From Ignavibacteriota bacterium (lineage in GTDB: Bacteria; Bacteroidota; Ignavibacteria; Palsa-1295): 64,000 nt of DNA. The first letter of the stretch is position 1; every line of letters begins with the position of its first letter. The translations under genes and the position numbers were made by a program. A model generated the notes under the pieces. The model was given only the letters and a program-made list of their open reading frames with translations. It did no database searches and was not told the origin of the DNA. This document shows positions 1-8,659 of the stretch, piece after piece. The stretch lies in assembly GCA_963787835.1 (NCBI GenBank), contig CAWBEI010000003.1, positions 1-64,000 on the forward strand. Direction: 5' to 3'.

Positions 1-245
1 ATAGGATGATCCGGATGCGAAAGGCTCTCGATGAGTTCGGGACGGCGAACGAATTCGATATACGCAAATCCCGCATCCCGACCGATAGCACCCGCAGAGC
101 GAATGAGCACAATCTCTGCCTTCTCCGCGATGGCATCAATTTTTCGGGGATTGTACCGCTCACGAACGGCAGAGGCGAGCAACATGATTCGATCGCGATT
201 GGTCGATGGTGCTCTCAGCGATCTTTCGATAGGTGCCTCTAACAT
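1..245 (-). CDS. Partial ORF running off the window; possible ImmA/IrrE-family metallopeptidase N-terminus
   Basis: Open frame from ATG at 245: MLEAPIERSLRAPSTNRDRIMLLASAVRERYNPRKIDAIAEKAEIVLIRSAGAIGRDAGFAYIEF..., resembling ImmA/IrrE N-termini; co-oriented downstream of an XRE gene; HEXXH not visible. Confidence 0.4.
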   Translation of the reverse strand, partial: MLEAPIERSLRAPSTNRDRIMLLASAVRERYNPRKIDAIAEKAEIVLIRSAGAIGRDAGFAYIEFVRRPELIESLSHPDHP

Positions 246-263
246 GAAATTAGATTGCAGATA

Positions 264-470
264 GAAATAGGTGCCATTTCTTTTTCTTGCTGAGTTCCCA
301 TCCACCCTCGAATTTGAGCCAATTTCGCCGTTTGTTCCAACAAGTATTCATAAAAGTCCCTTCACAGAGAACTCGTTCATATCGAAAGCCATCGCACGGC
401 TGTAAAATGATCGCATCTCCTTTCATACTTCATACTTCATATTTCATAATTTCCCCTATAGGTGCCCATT
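264..470 (-). repeat. Dispersed ~190-bp element, copy A (inverted relative to copy B at 53145-53314)
   Basis: 264-299 is the exact reverse complement of 53279-53314; the interior aligns with mismatches; GGCACCTAT occurs at both ends. Confidence 0.85.
421..448. repeat. Heptamer tandem repeat (YTTCATA)x4
   Basis: TTTCATA CTTCATA CTTCATA TTTCATA. Confidence 0.85.
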
Positions 471-526
471 ACCTCACTATCAAATATAACACAACTTAAA
501 GCGAAAAGCAAGAAAATTCAAAATAA

Positions 527-757
527 TTACGAATTTTCTCTCTGGCTAGCTTCCGGGTCAAGCAAGAGGCTGGGTTTTACACGAAGGGCTTTGGCAATTG
601 CTTCAAGACTCCATAATGATACGTTGACCGTTCCGCGTTCGAGTCTTCCAATAAAGGTAGGATGGAGGTTGCTTAACTCAGCGAGTTTTTCCTGGCTGAT
701 CTTTGATTCGAGCCGAAATTTCCGGATATTTCGACCTACGAGTTTTGAAATGCTCAA
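527..757 (-). CDS. XRE/HTH_3 transcriptional regulator (C-protein/SinR-like)
   Basis: VGRNIRKFRLESKISQEKLAELSNLHPTFIGRLERGTVNVSLWSLEAIAKAL; probable TTG start at 757. Confidence 0.9.
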   Translation of the reverse strand: MSISKLVGRNIRKFRLESKISQEKLAELSNLHPTFIGRLERGTVNVSLWSLEAIAKALRVKPSLLLDPEASQRENS

Positions 758-808
758 AAAATGAATAAAATAACCGAAAGAGCATATATGGCTGGTCTGC
801 ATTTTTTG

Positions 809-822
809 TCGTATCTTTGTAC
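809..822 (+). promoter_or_regulatory. Bacteroidota-type -7 promoter element (TAnnTTTG) for the 879-6737 operon
   Basis: TCGTATCTTTGTAC; identical 14-mer at 21433-21446 on the minus strand. Confidence 0.55.
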
Positions 823-878
823 CGGTAGTTTGTAACAAATCGTGTTTATCGAAGTTATTTATTAAAAGAGGTGTTAAA

Positions 879-2300
879 ATGAGACGTTGGAGTTTTTTAG
901 CAGTAGTGTTTTTGGGATTGGTTTTTATTTCGGGTCGTGCTTATTCACAGGCGAATACTTTCCCAGCGACGGGGAACGCCGGAATAGGCACGCTGACAGC
1001 AACTGGGGCGATCCAAGGTGCGCTCCAGATCCTTTATAGTGGCTCGACAACGGACACGGCAATGCTCCGTTTTACTGATGGGAGCACGACCACGAGCACT
1101 ACTTTTGGGACGATCGGGTTAATGCCCACCACTGGCTCTCATACCTATTCCTCGTTTTCAAATGAAGCGGATCTCGTGATTCACGAGCATAGTCAGGGAG
1201 ATCTCATCCTGACAAATTTCCAGTCCTACAGCCTGTCACATCCATACGGTGCGATAAGGATGGCTACAACGCCCAGTGCGGCTTCACTTCCCACGTCGTT
1301 GCCAACGGTGCATGATTTCGAACGAATTTCCGTCATGCCCAATGGGAATGTGGGCATTAATATTCCACCGAATACATCGGGGAGTAGCGCCGGGCTTGAC
1401 TCCGTCGTGGATCAACTACAGATCGGAGGAGGCACTGTTATATTGCCAGGTGAGGTTGACCCACTCCCGGGGCTGACACTTTATGGAGGAAACCGGTTTG
1501 AAGGATTACCTACAAGCAGCAATTTGTACCCGGCCGATTGGCGATATATCTCGTTCAATAACTATCTCGATCATTCCGATAGCTCCATTAATCATATCAA
1601 ACGTCCTGCACACACGGCTTCTGCGGGTATCTCGTTTTCGGATTTCCAGCAAGGAACGTTGCAACTCTGGGCAGAACCTTATGACGCTGGACACACGAAT
1701 AACAGATATCATAGCATGACATTGAATCTGACCGGTCAAAATGGCCTCTCATTGTGGCAGTACAATGACAGCAATGCAAACGTCTATCATCACCTATTCG
1801 ATGTCCTGGCTCCAGGAGATACGGCGTGGCCGCTTTATCGAAATCCCAATGGCGCCTTCATTCATCATACCCCTGTGTATATCACATCGGACAGCACCTC
1901 AACGCCTTCCGCAAATTTTCAAAACCTTTCTGTTAAACCCGATATCGGAGATGACACTACCTGGATGCTGGTCGTCAACGGTGCGGAGCTTGCAAAGGAA
2001 GTTTTCGTGTTTGATAGCACATGGGCGGATTACGTCTTCGATCCTAATTATAAACTTCCACCGCTTTCCGAAGTTGAGAACTTTACCAAGGAGAACCATC
2101 ATTTACCGGATATCCCATCGGCACAACAGATGGCGAAGACAAGTGTTCCGCTGGGCAGAACAGAAGCCGCGATCACAAAGCAACTTGAAGAAGCTATGCT
2201 TTATATCGTGCAGCTTTCGAAACGGAACGATGAGCTAAACCAAAAGCTCGATTCGCTTGAAAAAGATGTTGAGGAACTGAAAAATCAGAAGGGAAAATAA
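879..2300 (+). CDS. Secreted tail-fibre/adhesin-like protein with C-terminal WxDYVF (peptidase S74-like chaperone) region and coiled coil
   Basis: Signal peptide; GNAGIGT/GNVGIN motifs; C-terminus WADYVFDPNYKLPPLSEVENFTKENHHLPDIPSA...LEEAMLYIVQL plus coiled coil. Confidence 0.75.
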   Translation: MRRWSFLAVVFLGLVFISGRAYSQANTFPATGNAGIGTLTATGAIQGALQILYSGSTTDTAMLRFTDGSTTTSTTFGTIGLMPTTGSHTYSSFSNEADLVIHEHSQGDLILTNFQSYSLSHPYGAIRMATTPSAASLPTSLPTVHDFERISVMPNGNVGINIPPNTSGSSAGLDSVVDQLQIGGGTVILPGEVDPLPGLTLYGGNRFEGLPTSSNLYPADWRYISFNNYLDHSDSSINHIKRPAHTASAGISFSDFQQGTLQLWAEPYDAGHTNNRYHSMTLNLTGQNGLSLWQYNDSNANVYHHLFDVLAPGDTAWPLYRNPNGAFIHHTPVYITSDSTSTPSANFQNLSVKPDIGDDTTWMLVVNGAELAKEVFVFDSTWADYVFDPNYKLPPLSEVENFTKENHHLPDIPSAQQMAKTSVPLGRTEAAITKQLEEAMLYIVQLSKRNDELNQKLDSLEKDVEELKNQKGK

Positions 2301-2303
2301 AAC

Positions 2304-3494
2304 ATGAAACGAACATTCATTCTCTTTGTCCTACTTTCAATCGTTACGGCTCCTGCCATCGCACAATGGAACTACCTTTTAGGAGGTCTTGGTACAGCCA
2401 ATACAACACTCGCCTTTGCCGTTCACAACGATACTTTGTTCGCAAGTGGGAATAGTGTAGGAAGTTACGTCGACCGTTACATTTCCCCTCAAAACTGGGT
2501 TGGAGCCGATAATGGGATCGATTTTACGCAGGGATCGATAACTTCATTTGCTTCACTTGGGCCTTATTTCTTTGCGGGCAATGGAAGGCCAGGGTTTAAT
2601 TGGCGCACAACCAACAATGGTGGGATATGGATGCAAGCCGCGGCGGGCAATATTTGTGTCAGCAACCGTTACGTGTTAAGTGCGGTTGACGGAATATATC
2701 GATCCCCTGACAGCGGCGCTTACAATCCTTGGGTTAAAATGTCAAGTTTCAACGCTGAGAATTTGGCTTCCAACGGCATCTGTGTCTTTGCGTCGAATTC
2801 AAACGCTGTCTGGCGCTCCGAGGATACAGGCGGAACATGGTCGCAAATTTCAACAGGGCCACTTTCAACAATAAATAGTTTCGCATTTTGGGGCAGACTT
2901 ACATTTGGAGCTAATGGGGGTGTGCTAAAATCTGTGGATTCAGGAAAGGACTGGACAGTTGTCAGCATACCAGGTCGCTCGGTCTTGATTTTAGTTTCCG
3001 ATAGCACTTTTCTTTTTGCCGGGACCGATAGCGGGGTATATGTTTCGCTTGATTCAGGTATGAATTGGCGTGCAGTGAGCGAAGGGCTTCCGGGAAAGAA
3101 CTATAGTCCTCATATTACAGCACTCACAGTTTTTGATACGCTGCTGGTTGCCGGTGTGGATGTTGGGCTTGGGTATGGGTATGCCTCGGCTCGCCCAATT
3201 CGGGAGATGGTGGATACAAACCTGAGCGGAGTGCAGGCGGTTTCCATTCCACCCGTAGATTCTGTTGTGATCTATCCGAATCCATCAATGGGAATGGTAA
3301 GCATTCGTTCAGGAAATATTTCTATCGCGGGCGTGCGAGTCTGTAATGTGCTTGGTCAAGACGTACTCGATGTCCCGAGAGCGTATAGTTCCGATGTGAC
3401 TCTCGATCTCTCGCAACTCCTTGGTGGAACGTACTTTGTGCAAATTCAAACGGCAACAGGCACGACTCTGAAGAAGATCGTGCTCGATAAATAA
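2304..3494 (+). CDS. BNR/Asp-box beta-propeller protein with T9SS type A sorting domain
   Basis: Signal peptide; SxDxGxxW repeats; CTD IYPNPS...NVLGQ...GTYFVQI...KKIVLDK. Confidence 0.85.
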   Translation: MKRTFILFVLLSIVTAPAIAQWNYLLGGLGTANTTLAFAVHNDTLFASGNSVGSYVDRYISPQNWVGADNGIDFTQGSITSFASLGPYFFAGNGRPGFNWRTTNNGGIWMQAAAGNICVSNRYVLSAVDGIYRSPDSGAYNPWVKMSSFNAENLASNGICVFASNSNAVWRSEDTGGTWSQISTGPLSTINSFAFWGRLTFGANGGVLKSVDSGKDWTVVSIPGRSVLILVSDSTFLFAGTDSGVYVSLDSGMNWRAVSEGLPGKNYSPHITALTVFDTLLVAGVDVGLGYGYASARPIREMVDTNLSGVQAVSIPPVDSVVIYPNPSMGMVSIRSGNISIAGVRVCNVLGQDVLDVPRAYSSDVTLDLSQLLGGTYFVQIQTATGTTLKKIVLDK

Positions 3495-3505
3495 GAGGAG
3501 GAATA

Positions 3506-5542
3506 ATGAAACATCTCAATATTTTTAGATGCATCCTGAGCGTTGTGGCCGTTTTGGCATTTCCATGGATGGCTTCGGCTCAGGATACGATCAACCCATA
3601 CAACACCCAACAGTCGATGACGATCGAGCTGCATAATACGAACGTGTATTACTGCCCGATGGCGCCGCCAGCGCTGACGGATACCGACTGGGTGCTTTCG
3701 AGCATCAGTAACAAATTGCTCGATTCGAACGGATGTTTCGACACGTGGCCCTGGTATGAACCGCGAACACATGGCACACTATTGAAAAATTGGGCACCTT
3801 CACCATGCGGCAGTGCCCCCCTTGGAATTGGCGCTCATTGGCAGCGATTTTTTACCGCTAAACGGGATGGCGCGGGAAATACGCATGACATTATTGCCGG
3901 CGGGGATTCTGGAGATCGCGTGATTATCAGTAGTAATGAAGACGTCGATTTTAGGGCTTCCGGAAGGATAAAACTTAAAAGCGGATTTCACGTCATGCCC
4001 GGGGCACGGTTCCATGCCTACACAGAACCTAAATATGATTCCATTATTTTCTCGGACGATTTCGATTCCATCGACCACAACAAATGGTACATTGCCAATG
4101 GCAACGGCGACGGATATGGAATTCAATCACACTGCTCGACCGATACCGACGTGGCTGACACCCTCGACCCCGAAGCGCTCGACGGTCATGCGCTCGATAT
4201 TTTCCTGCGGGAAAATCGCACCGTGGGTGGTTTTCTCGACACCTGCCATTGTCAATTATTGGATTACAGTGATCACGATTCATGCGATGGAACTTTAGGT
4301 GTCAATGATACATCCGTCATTTTCTATAGTGCCGATGTCCGGGCCTGCCCATTTCCGTACCTTTCACGAACGGATACACCCCTTGTTCCTGCAAACCAGC
4401 ACATGCCCTACGGCAAATATGAGACTCGCAAAAAGCTCCCGCACCTTCTGTACCACACGAACGATTGGCCGGTTGGCTCGTTCGAGGTCGATATCAACGA
4501 ATCGGCAGGGGATTCTGCCGATACGCACTATTTGTTCCCAAACTTGCACCAGCAGATTCGGTATGGGCCGTTCAAAGGGGTATTCCACCACTGTTCTTTA
4601 GGGTATGGCAATGTGATATTTGTTAGCCACGAAGCAAACTGGTCGCCTGTGAATTGGCCACACTATCTCATCATCAATAACTTTTGCTACGAGGTCTGGA
4701 CAATTGGGGGGCATAGCTACGACTCGATCACCTTGGCTCCCCGTTCGTTCGGGTTCATGGGCTGGCCCACCTCGCTGGTAAACGATACGACTGACTCCGT
4801 CACCTTTTATTATGAGAAAAATGGCGGTAATACTGCCGACGTCACCACCTGGAGCGTCGATAGTACAGGGAGAAAATTTTCCGCGCCCTATCACGATTCC
4901 TCTGGCACTTGGCTAAGGTTCTCGAAAGTGTATCAACCCACTTCTGTGACGCTGACTACTTCGGGGCCACCTCATGATTCTGTGAAAAGCTTTAGTTGTC
5001 ATTGGGAATATAACCTGAATCCGCCACATGGAACGGGAGATAGCGGAATACTTTATCTTGATGACCCGATTCCTTCGTGGGAACTTCACAGCTATACTGA
5101 AGCATACCAATATTCTATAAATGAAGATTATATCGCTAACACTAGCCCGGCTGCGGCTTACGATATGTACGATACGATCGGGGATTACAAATACCACACT
5201 TTTGGAGTGGAAATCCTTCCTCACGAGGTTCGTTATCTATATGATAGCAATGTCGTTTTACGATTGCCGGATCGCATGATTCCACCCGGAAGCCCCGGCT
5301 ATCCCTTCACTCTCGATCGCGAGCCGCTGGATGTCCCATTAGGGGAGTTCGATCTGGCTTCTGACCAAACAAGCGCTCTTTTTCAGGAGCAAAAACAATA
5401 CTTCGAGAACCACACATCTAACCCAGGCTTCCGCGATGTGACGATCGGAGTCAAAACCTATCATGCCGCGCACGAATTGATCGACTACGTCCGGGTTTGG
5501 GATATTCCGAAAGATGTCTCTGTTCCCAATTTTTCCAAATAG
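3506..5542 (+). CDS. Secreted GH16-like protein with 3-coathanger-stack-like segment and large internal insertion
   Basis: FRASGRIKLKSGFHVMPGARFHA; FSDDFDSIDHNKW, YGKYETRKKLP, EVDINE (ExDxxE), YHTFGVE, IDYVRVW. Confidence 0.7.
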   Translation: MKHLNIFRCILSVVAVLAFPWMASAQDTINPYNTQQSMTIELHNTNVYYCPMAPPALTDTDWVLSSISNKLLDSNGCFDTWPWYEPRTHGTLLKNWAPSPCGSAPLGIGAHWQRFFTAKRDGAGNTHDIIAGGDSGDRVIISSNEDVDFRASGRIKLKSGFHVMPGARFHAYTEPKYDSIIFSDDFDSIDHNKWYIANGNGDGYGIQSHCSTDTDVADTLDPEALDGHALDIFLRENRTVGGFLDTCHCQLLDYSDHDSCDGTLGVNDTSVIFYSADVRACPFPYLSRTDTPLVPANQHMPYGKYETRKKLPHLLYHTNDWPVGSFEVDINESAGDSADTHYLFPNLHQQIRYGPFKGVFHHCSLGYGNVIFVSHEANWSPVNWPHYLIINNFCYEVWTIGGHSYDSITLAPRSFGFMGWPTSLVNDTTDSVTFYYEKNGGNTADVTTWSVDSTGRKFSAPYHDSSGTWLRFSKVYQPTSVTLTTSGPPHDSVKSFSCHWEYNLNPPHGTGDSGILYLDDPIPSWELHSYTEAYQYSINEDYIANTSPAAAYDMYDTIGDYKYHTFGVEILPHEVRYLYDSNVVLRLPDRMIPPGSPGYPFTLDREPLDVPLGEFDLASDQTSALFQEQKQYFENHTSNPGFRDVTIGVKTYHAAHELIDYVRVWDIPKDVSVPNFSK

Positions 5543-5555
5543 AAAGGAACACAAC

Positions 5556-6737
5556 ATGAAACCATTATTTATTTCCATAATACTTTTTCTTGCCCTTCCC
5601 TGCGGTGCCCAGTGGCAATTTGTCGCTGGCAATCTTGGAACCAGTGGGACTGAGTCCGCTTTCGGAGTTCACGATACGAGCCTCTTCGCAAGCGGTGACG
5701 GCAGCATTGGCAGATATCTCTCTCCGCAACATTGGGCCAAAGCCGACAGCGGAATCAACTTTTCGCTAGGTTCGTCAGGAGAGGTAACGTCGTTTGCTTC
5801 GCTGGGACGATATTTTTTTGGGGGAATAGGTAACGGACCGGTCTATATTAGCACAAATAATGGAACGTCATGGTTCCATGGGACAACCGCCAGTCCCATT
5901 GCCTCGAACGGAACTTATTTATTTTCAAATTACGTTGGTCCAAATCAAATTATCCTTTCGACCGATTCCGGAAGTACCTGGGATACTGTTTTTGATATAC
6001 CGGTGAATAGTTTTGCAGCAAAAGGTGCCTTCATTTTTGCTTCAAACGGAGACGGAGTCTGGCGTTCAACGGATTCCGGTTGGCATTGGGCGCGCGATAC
6101 GATGCCGATTACCACCGCTAATAGCTTCGTTTTTGTTGGTATGCTCACCTTCGGTACGAACGGCTCAATTATTATTAAATCAACCGATTTTGGCTCCCAT
6201 TGGACGGAAATTACGATCCAGAACCGCAGAATCTCCCAGTTGGCCTCGACAGGTTCGTATCTCTTTGCTGGAACGGATAGCGGGGTCTTTGTTTCGCTCG
6301 ATTCGGGTTCGCATTGGCGTGAGGTAAGCGAAGGGTTGGTTTCGAAAGGTAATCTTCCGTACGTAACCGCGATGATTGTGTTCGATACCCAACTCTTTGT
6401 TAGCATTGATGCTTCAGATGGATACGGTTACGATGCAGCCCGTCCCATCTCGCAGATGGTGGATACTGGGCCAGCAAGCGTGGTGCAAACTTCGATTCCA
6501 GGCGATACCATTGAAATATATCCGAATCCCACATTGTCGCAGATATCGATCCGCTCCGTGAACACATCAATTCTCGGTGTTCAGGTGCTTAATGTTCTGG
6601 GCGTCGTTGTGCTCGATGTCCCCAATGAACATGCCTCGAACCTTACGCTCGATCTGTCTAAACTGCTATCCGGCACGTACTTCTTACAAATTCAAACGGC
6701 CGATGGATTGGTATTGCGAAAAGTGGTTCGAGAGTAG
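5556..6737 (+). CDS. BNR/Asp-box beta-propeller with T9SS CTD, paralog of 2304-3494
   Basis: Start MKPLFIS after AAGGAA; shared LFAGTDSGVxVSLDSGxxWRxVSEGL; CTD IYPNPT...GTYFLQIQT...RKVVRE. Confidence 0.85.
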   Translation: MKPLFISIILFLALPCGAQWQFVAGNLGTSGTESAFGVHDTSLFASGDGSIGRYLSPQHWAKADSGINFSLGSSGEVTSFASLGRYFFGGIGNGPVYISTNNGTSWFHGTTASPIASNGTYLFSNYVGPNQIILSTDSGSTWDTVFDIPVNSFAAKGAFIFASNGDGVWRSTDSGWHWARDTMPITTANSFVFVGMLTFGTNGSIIIKSTDFGSHWTEITIQNRRISQLASTGSYLFAGTDSGVFVSLDSGSHWREVSEGLVSKGNLPYVTAMIVFDTQLFVSIDASDGYGYDAARPISQMVDTGPASVVQTSIPGDTIEIYPNPTLSQISIRSVNTSILGVQVLNVLGVVVLDVPNEHASNLTLDLSKLLSGTYFLQIQTADGLVLRKVVRE

Positions 6738-6750
6738 TATGCCTTGAATC

Positions 6751-7134
6751 CTAATACAATCCCTTCACCTCATCATTTCGGCGGCGCACTTCGGAACGAA
6801 TGACGGCAAGGGATCTGCGGACCCAATCGTAGGTCTCTTTATCTGGCCGCTCGCCATTCAGGAATCGTACCATCGCCGATTCGCTGGAGAGCACATCATC
6901 GATGCTCATCACTCCAGGTGATTTCGAGTTATCCTTTCGGATGATCAGATTCTCGATGTTCTCGCCAATGGCATCGGCAATTTTCTTGAGGGTATGCTCG
7001 GTCACGCCGGATTCGTTATTTTCGATACGGCTCAGATGAGCTTGCGTGATCTTTGCTTCGCGGGCCACATGCCCTTGTTTAAGCCCCCGCTCTTCTCTTG
7101 CCCGCCGAATTCTTTCGCCCTGAGTCTCTGCCAT
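6751..7134 (-). CDS. XRE-family repressor-like regulator with C-terminal extension
   Basis: GERIRRAREERGLKQGHVAREAKITQAHLSRIENNESGVTEHTLKKIADAIG. Confidence 0.9.
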   Translation of the reverse strand: MAETQGERIRRAREERGLKQGHVAREAKITQAHLSRIENNESGVTEHTLKKIADAIGENIENLIIRKDNSKSPGVMSIDDVLSSESAMVRFLNGERPDKETYDWVRRSLAVIRSEVRRRNDEVKGLY

Positions 7135-7269
7135 TTGCTAAAATATGTGTGAATTATGTCGTACTTAAGTTAAGATAAGCAATTTCTTAGAAAGAAGAGT
7201 TCGTATTTATTTCTTTTGTGGAACAAGTTGTTGATTTTTTTAGGTTTAGGTAATAGAATTCGTTTAGGC

Positions 7270-7495
7270 AAAGAAAAAACCCTGGCGCTTGAGGTGCCAG
7301 GGTCTTCTCGGTGAGAGTGCGGATGGTTAGTCCGCATTGGATGTGTGATCATCCATTTGTTTTTGCGAAGCGCGCTCATCTCTGCGCGCCTTGGTTGCGA
7401 AACTCTTGTGCTCTTGAGGATTCCTAATTCCTCAAGAGCACTTGAGGGAGAGAAAAGCCAGATGAGGTTGTCATCTGGGTTTGGTTGCGATTATA
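7270..7495 (-). ncRNA. Candidate structured sRNA or 3' UTR: six hairpins with repeated UCGCAA linkers
   Basis: Perfect stems at 7458-7478, 7408-7441 (13 bp), 7370-7389, 7338-7355, 7318-7336 and 7279-7303; TATAAT (minus) at 7495-7490; ends in a terminator. Confidence 0.5.
7271..7303 (-). terminator. Intrinsic terminator
   Basis: ACCCTGGC-9 nt-GCCAGGGT followed by TTTTTCTT on the minus strand. Confidence 0.75.
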
Positions 7496-7529
7496 TTGCG
7501 ATTTTTCATCTAATCTAATAGAGAAACTT

Positions 7530-8195
7530 TTAACAGACGATCGCGGAACGGGCTGCTTTGCCAAAGCCCCACCGCTGTAAGTCCCGAACCGAGATATGTG
7601 GCGAACCCGTGATGTAAAAACGGTATCCGTCAAAACTGACCTGATCCGATAGCATCAGAACTCCGGTAACTCGCGCCGAGCAAACGGTATCTGCAAATTC
7701 GAATTCATTCAAGTCGGCAATGGCCGATACTCCAAGCGATACAACACGTCCCGAAAAACTCGGACCTTCATAAAGGTGTGCCTTCGAATTCCATCCGGAA
7801 TGATCGATCACCAGACGCTGGGATGCGTCACTGGAATCCGTGCTCAGAGGATTATTAGACAGCACCGTCACTCCCTGATTCGCCGTCTCGCTATAATTTT
7901 GATAGCGATAGAGCCGAACCAGCTCTTCCGAACGTGCAAAGGCATCGGCGTACTGTGTGCGCTGGCTCCAGGCTTCGAACGCATCGCGCGAATCGAATAG
8001 ATAAACCAGATTCCGCTCATCGACGACTGTGCCAGCCACAATGACGGGTTCATAAGCATTAATCAAAAAATACTGAAATTGACGATGGGTAAGCACATTA
8101 CCATCGAAAACGAAGTGCGGTCCTCCATCAGCCGCGGGGGGCGGACGGTAGGCCTTCAGCAATTTTTCTTCCAATATCAACGATTGGGGCATCAT
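7530..8195 (-). CDS. Protein with C-terminal beta/gamma-crystallin domain and unknown N-terminal domain
   Basis: Two Greek-key motifs LYEGPSFSG...DLNEFEFADTVCSARV and LSDQVSFDG...DLQRWGFGKAARSAIV; GAGG RBS. Confidence 0.7.
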   Translation of the reverse strand: MMPQSLILEEKLLKAYRPPPAADGGPHFVFDGNVLTHRQFQYFLINAYEPVIVAGTVVDERNLVYLFDSRDAFEAWSQRTQYADAFARSEELVRLYRYQNYSETANQGVTVLSNNPLSTDSSDASQRLVIDHSGWNSKAHLYEGPSFSGRVVSLGVSAIADLNEFEFADTVCSARVTGVLMLSDQVSFDGYRFYITGSPHISVRDLQRWGFGKAARSAIVC

Positions 8196-8213
8196 AAGTA
8201 ACCTCGTGTTTTC

Positions 8214-8351
8214 TTGTAAATGACGGGTTCAAAGCCCATTTGCCTCTGACGACCGATTCATTATGAATCAGATGTGTCAGATGGGTTTCCCATGGAATCC
8301 TAATGGTTAGGATTTCGCAGGGTTTTTCCCCGTCATTAGTTTCGCTTACAA
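8214..8351 (-). promoter_or_regulatory. Multi-stem 5' leader, candidate cis-regulatory RNA
   Basis: Closing stem 8219-8227/8329-8337 enclosing nested stems 8235-8285 and 8296-8314, just upstream of the RBS. Confidence 0.4.
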
Positions 8352-8431
8352 AATTACAGGGTCATAGGGGTAACACACCAATCAGAACGACACATTTATT
8401 CACCGGATTTTTGGAGCTGGTGAAAACACTT

Positions 8432-8462
8432 TTAGGCCACCCATCAGCATTGGGTGGCCTAA
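8432..8462. terminator. 12-bp hairpin, probable terminator of the 8660-9040 transcript
   Basis: TTAGGCCACCCA-7 nt-TGGGTGGCCTAA. Confidence 0.6.
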
Positions 8463-8659
8463 CAATTTTAGGTCAAAAATTCACGCAACCTCTTTCCATT
8501 CAGCTACTTACAGCCGAACTCTCTCACACATTCTAACCACACCACATGGTTAGATGTATGCCATTTCTTCATCAATTTTCATTGAAATCTCACGCCAAAA
8601 GCGCATTTTGGCTTAAAATTTCTTTCGAAACCTACCGAATTCTGGCTATCAGAAATCTA

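Noticed and set aside
879-7134. Prophage (tail-fibre-like gene plus repressors)
   Set aside because: No capsid, terminase, portal or integrase genes, and all four operon proteins carry Sec signal peptides
7170-7379. His-containing ORF as an attenuator leader peptide
   Set aside because: His codons are not consecutive, the frame reads through the terminator, and the downstream gene is not biosynthetic
7270-7511. CRISPR or type III antitoxin repeat array
   Set aside because: Repeated parts are only 6-10 nt, spacing is irregular, and no cas or ToxN-like gene is adjacent
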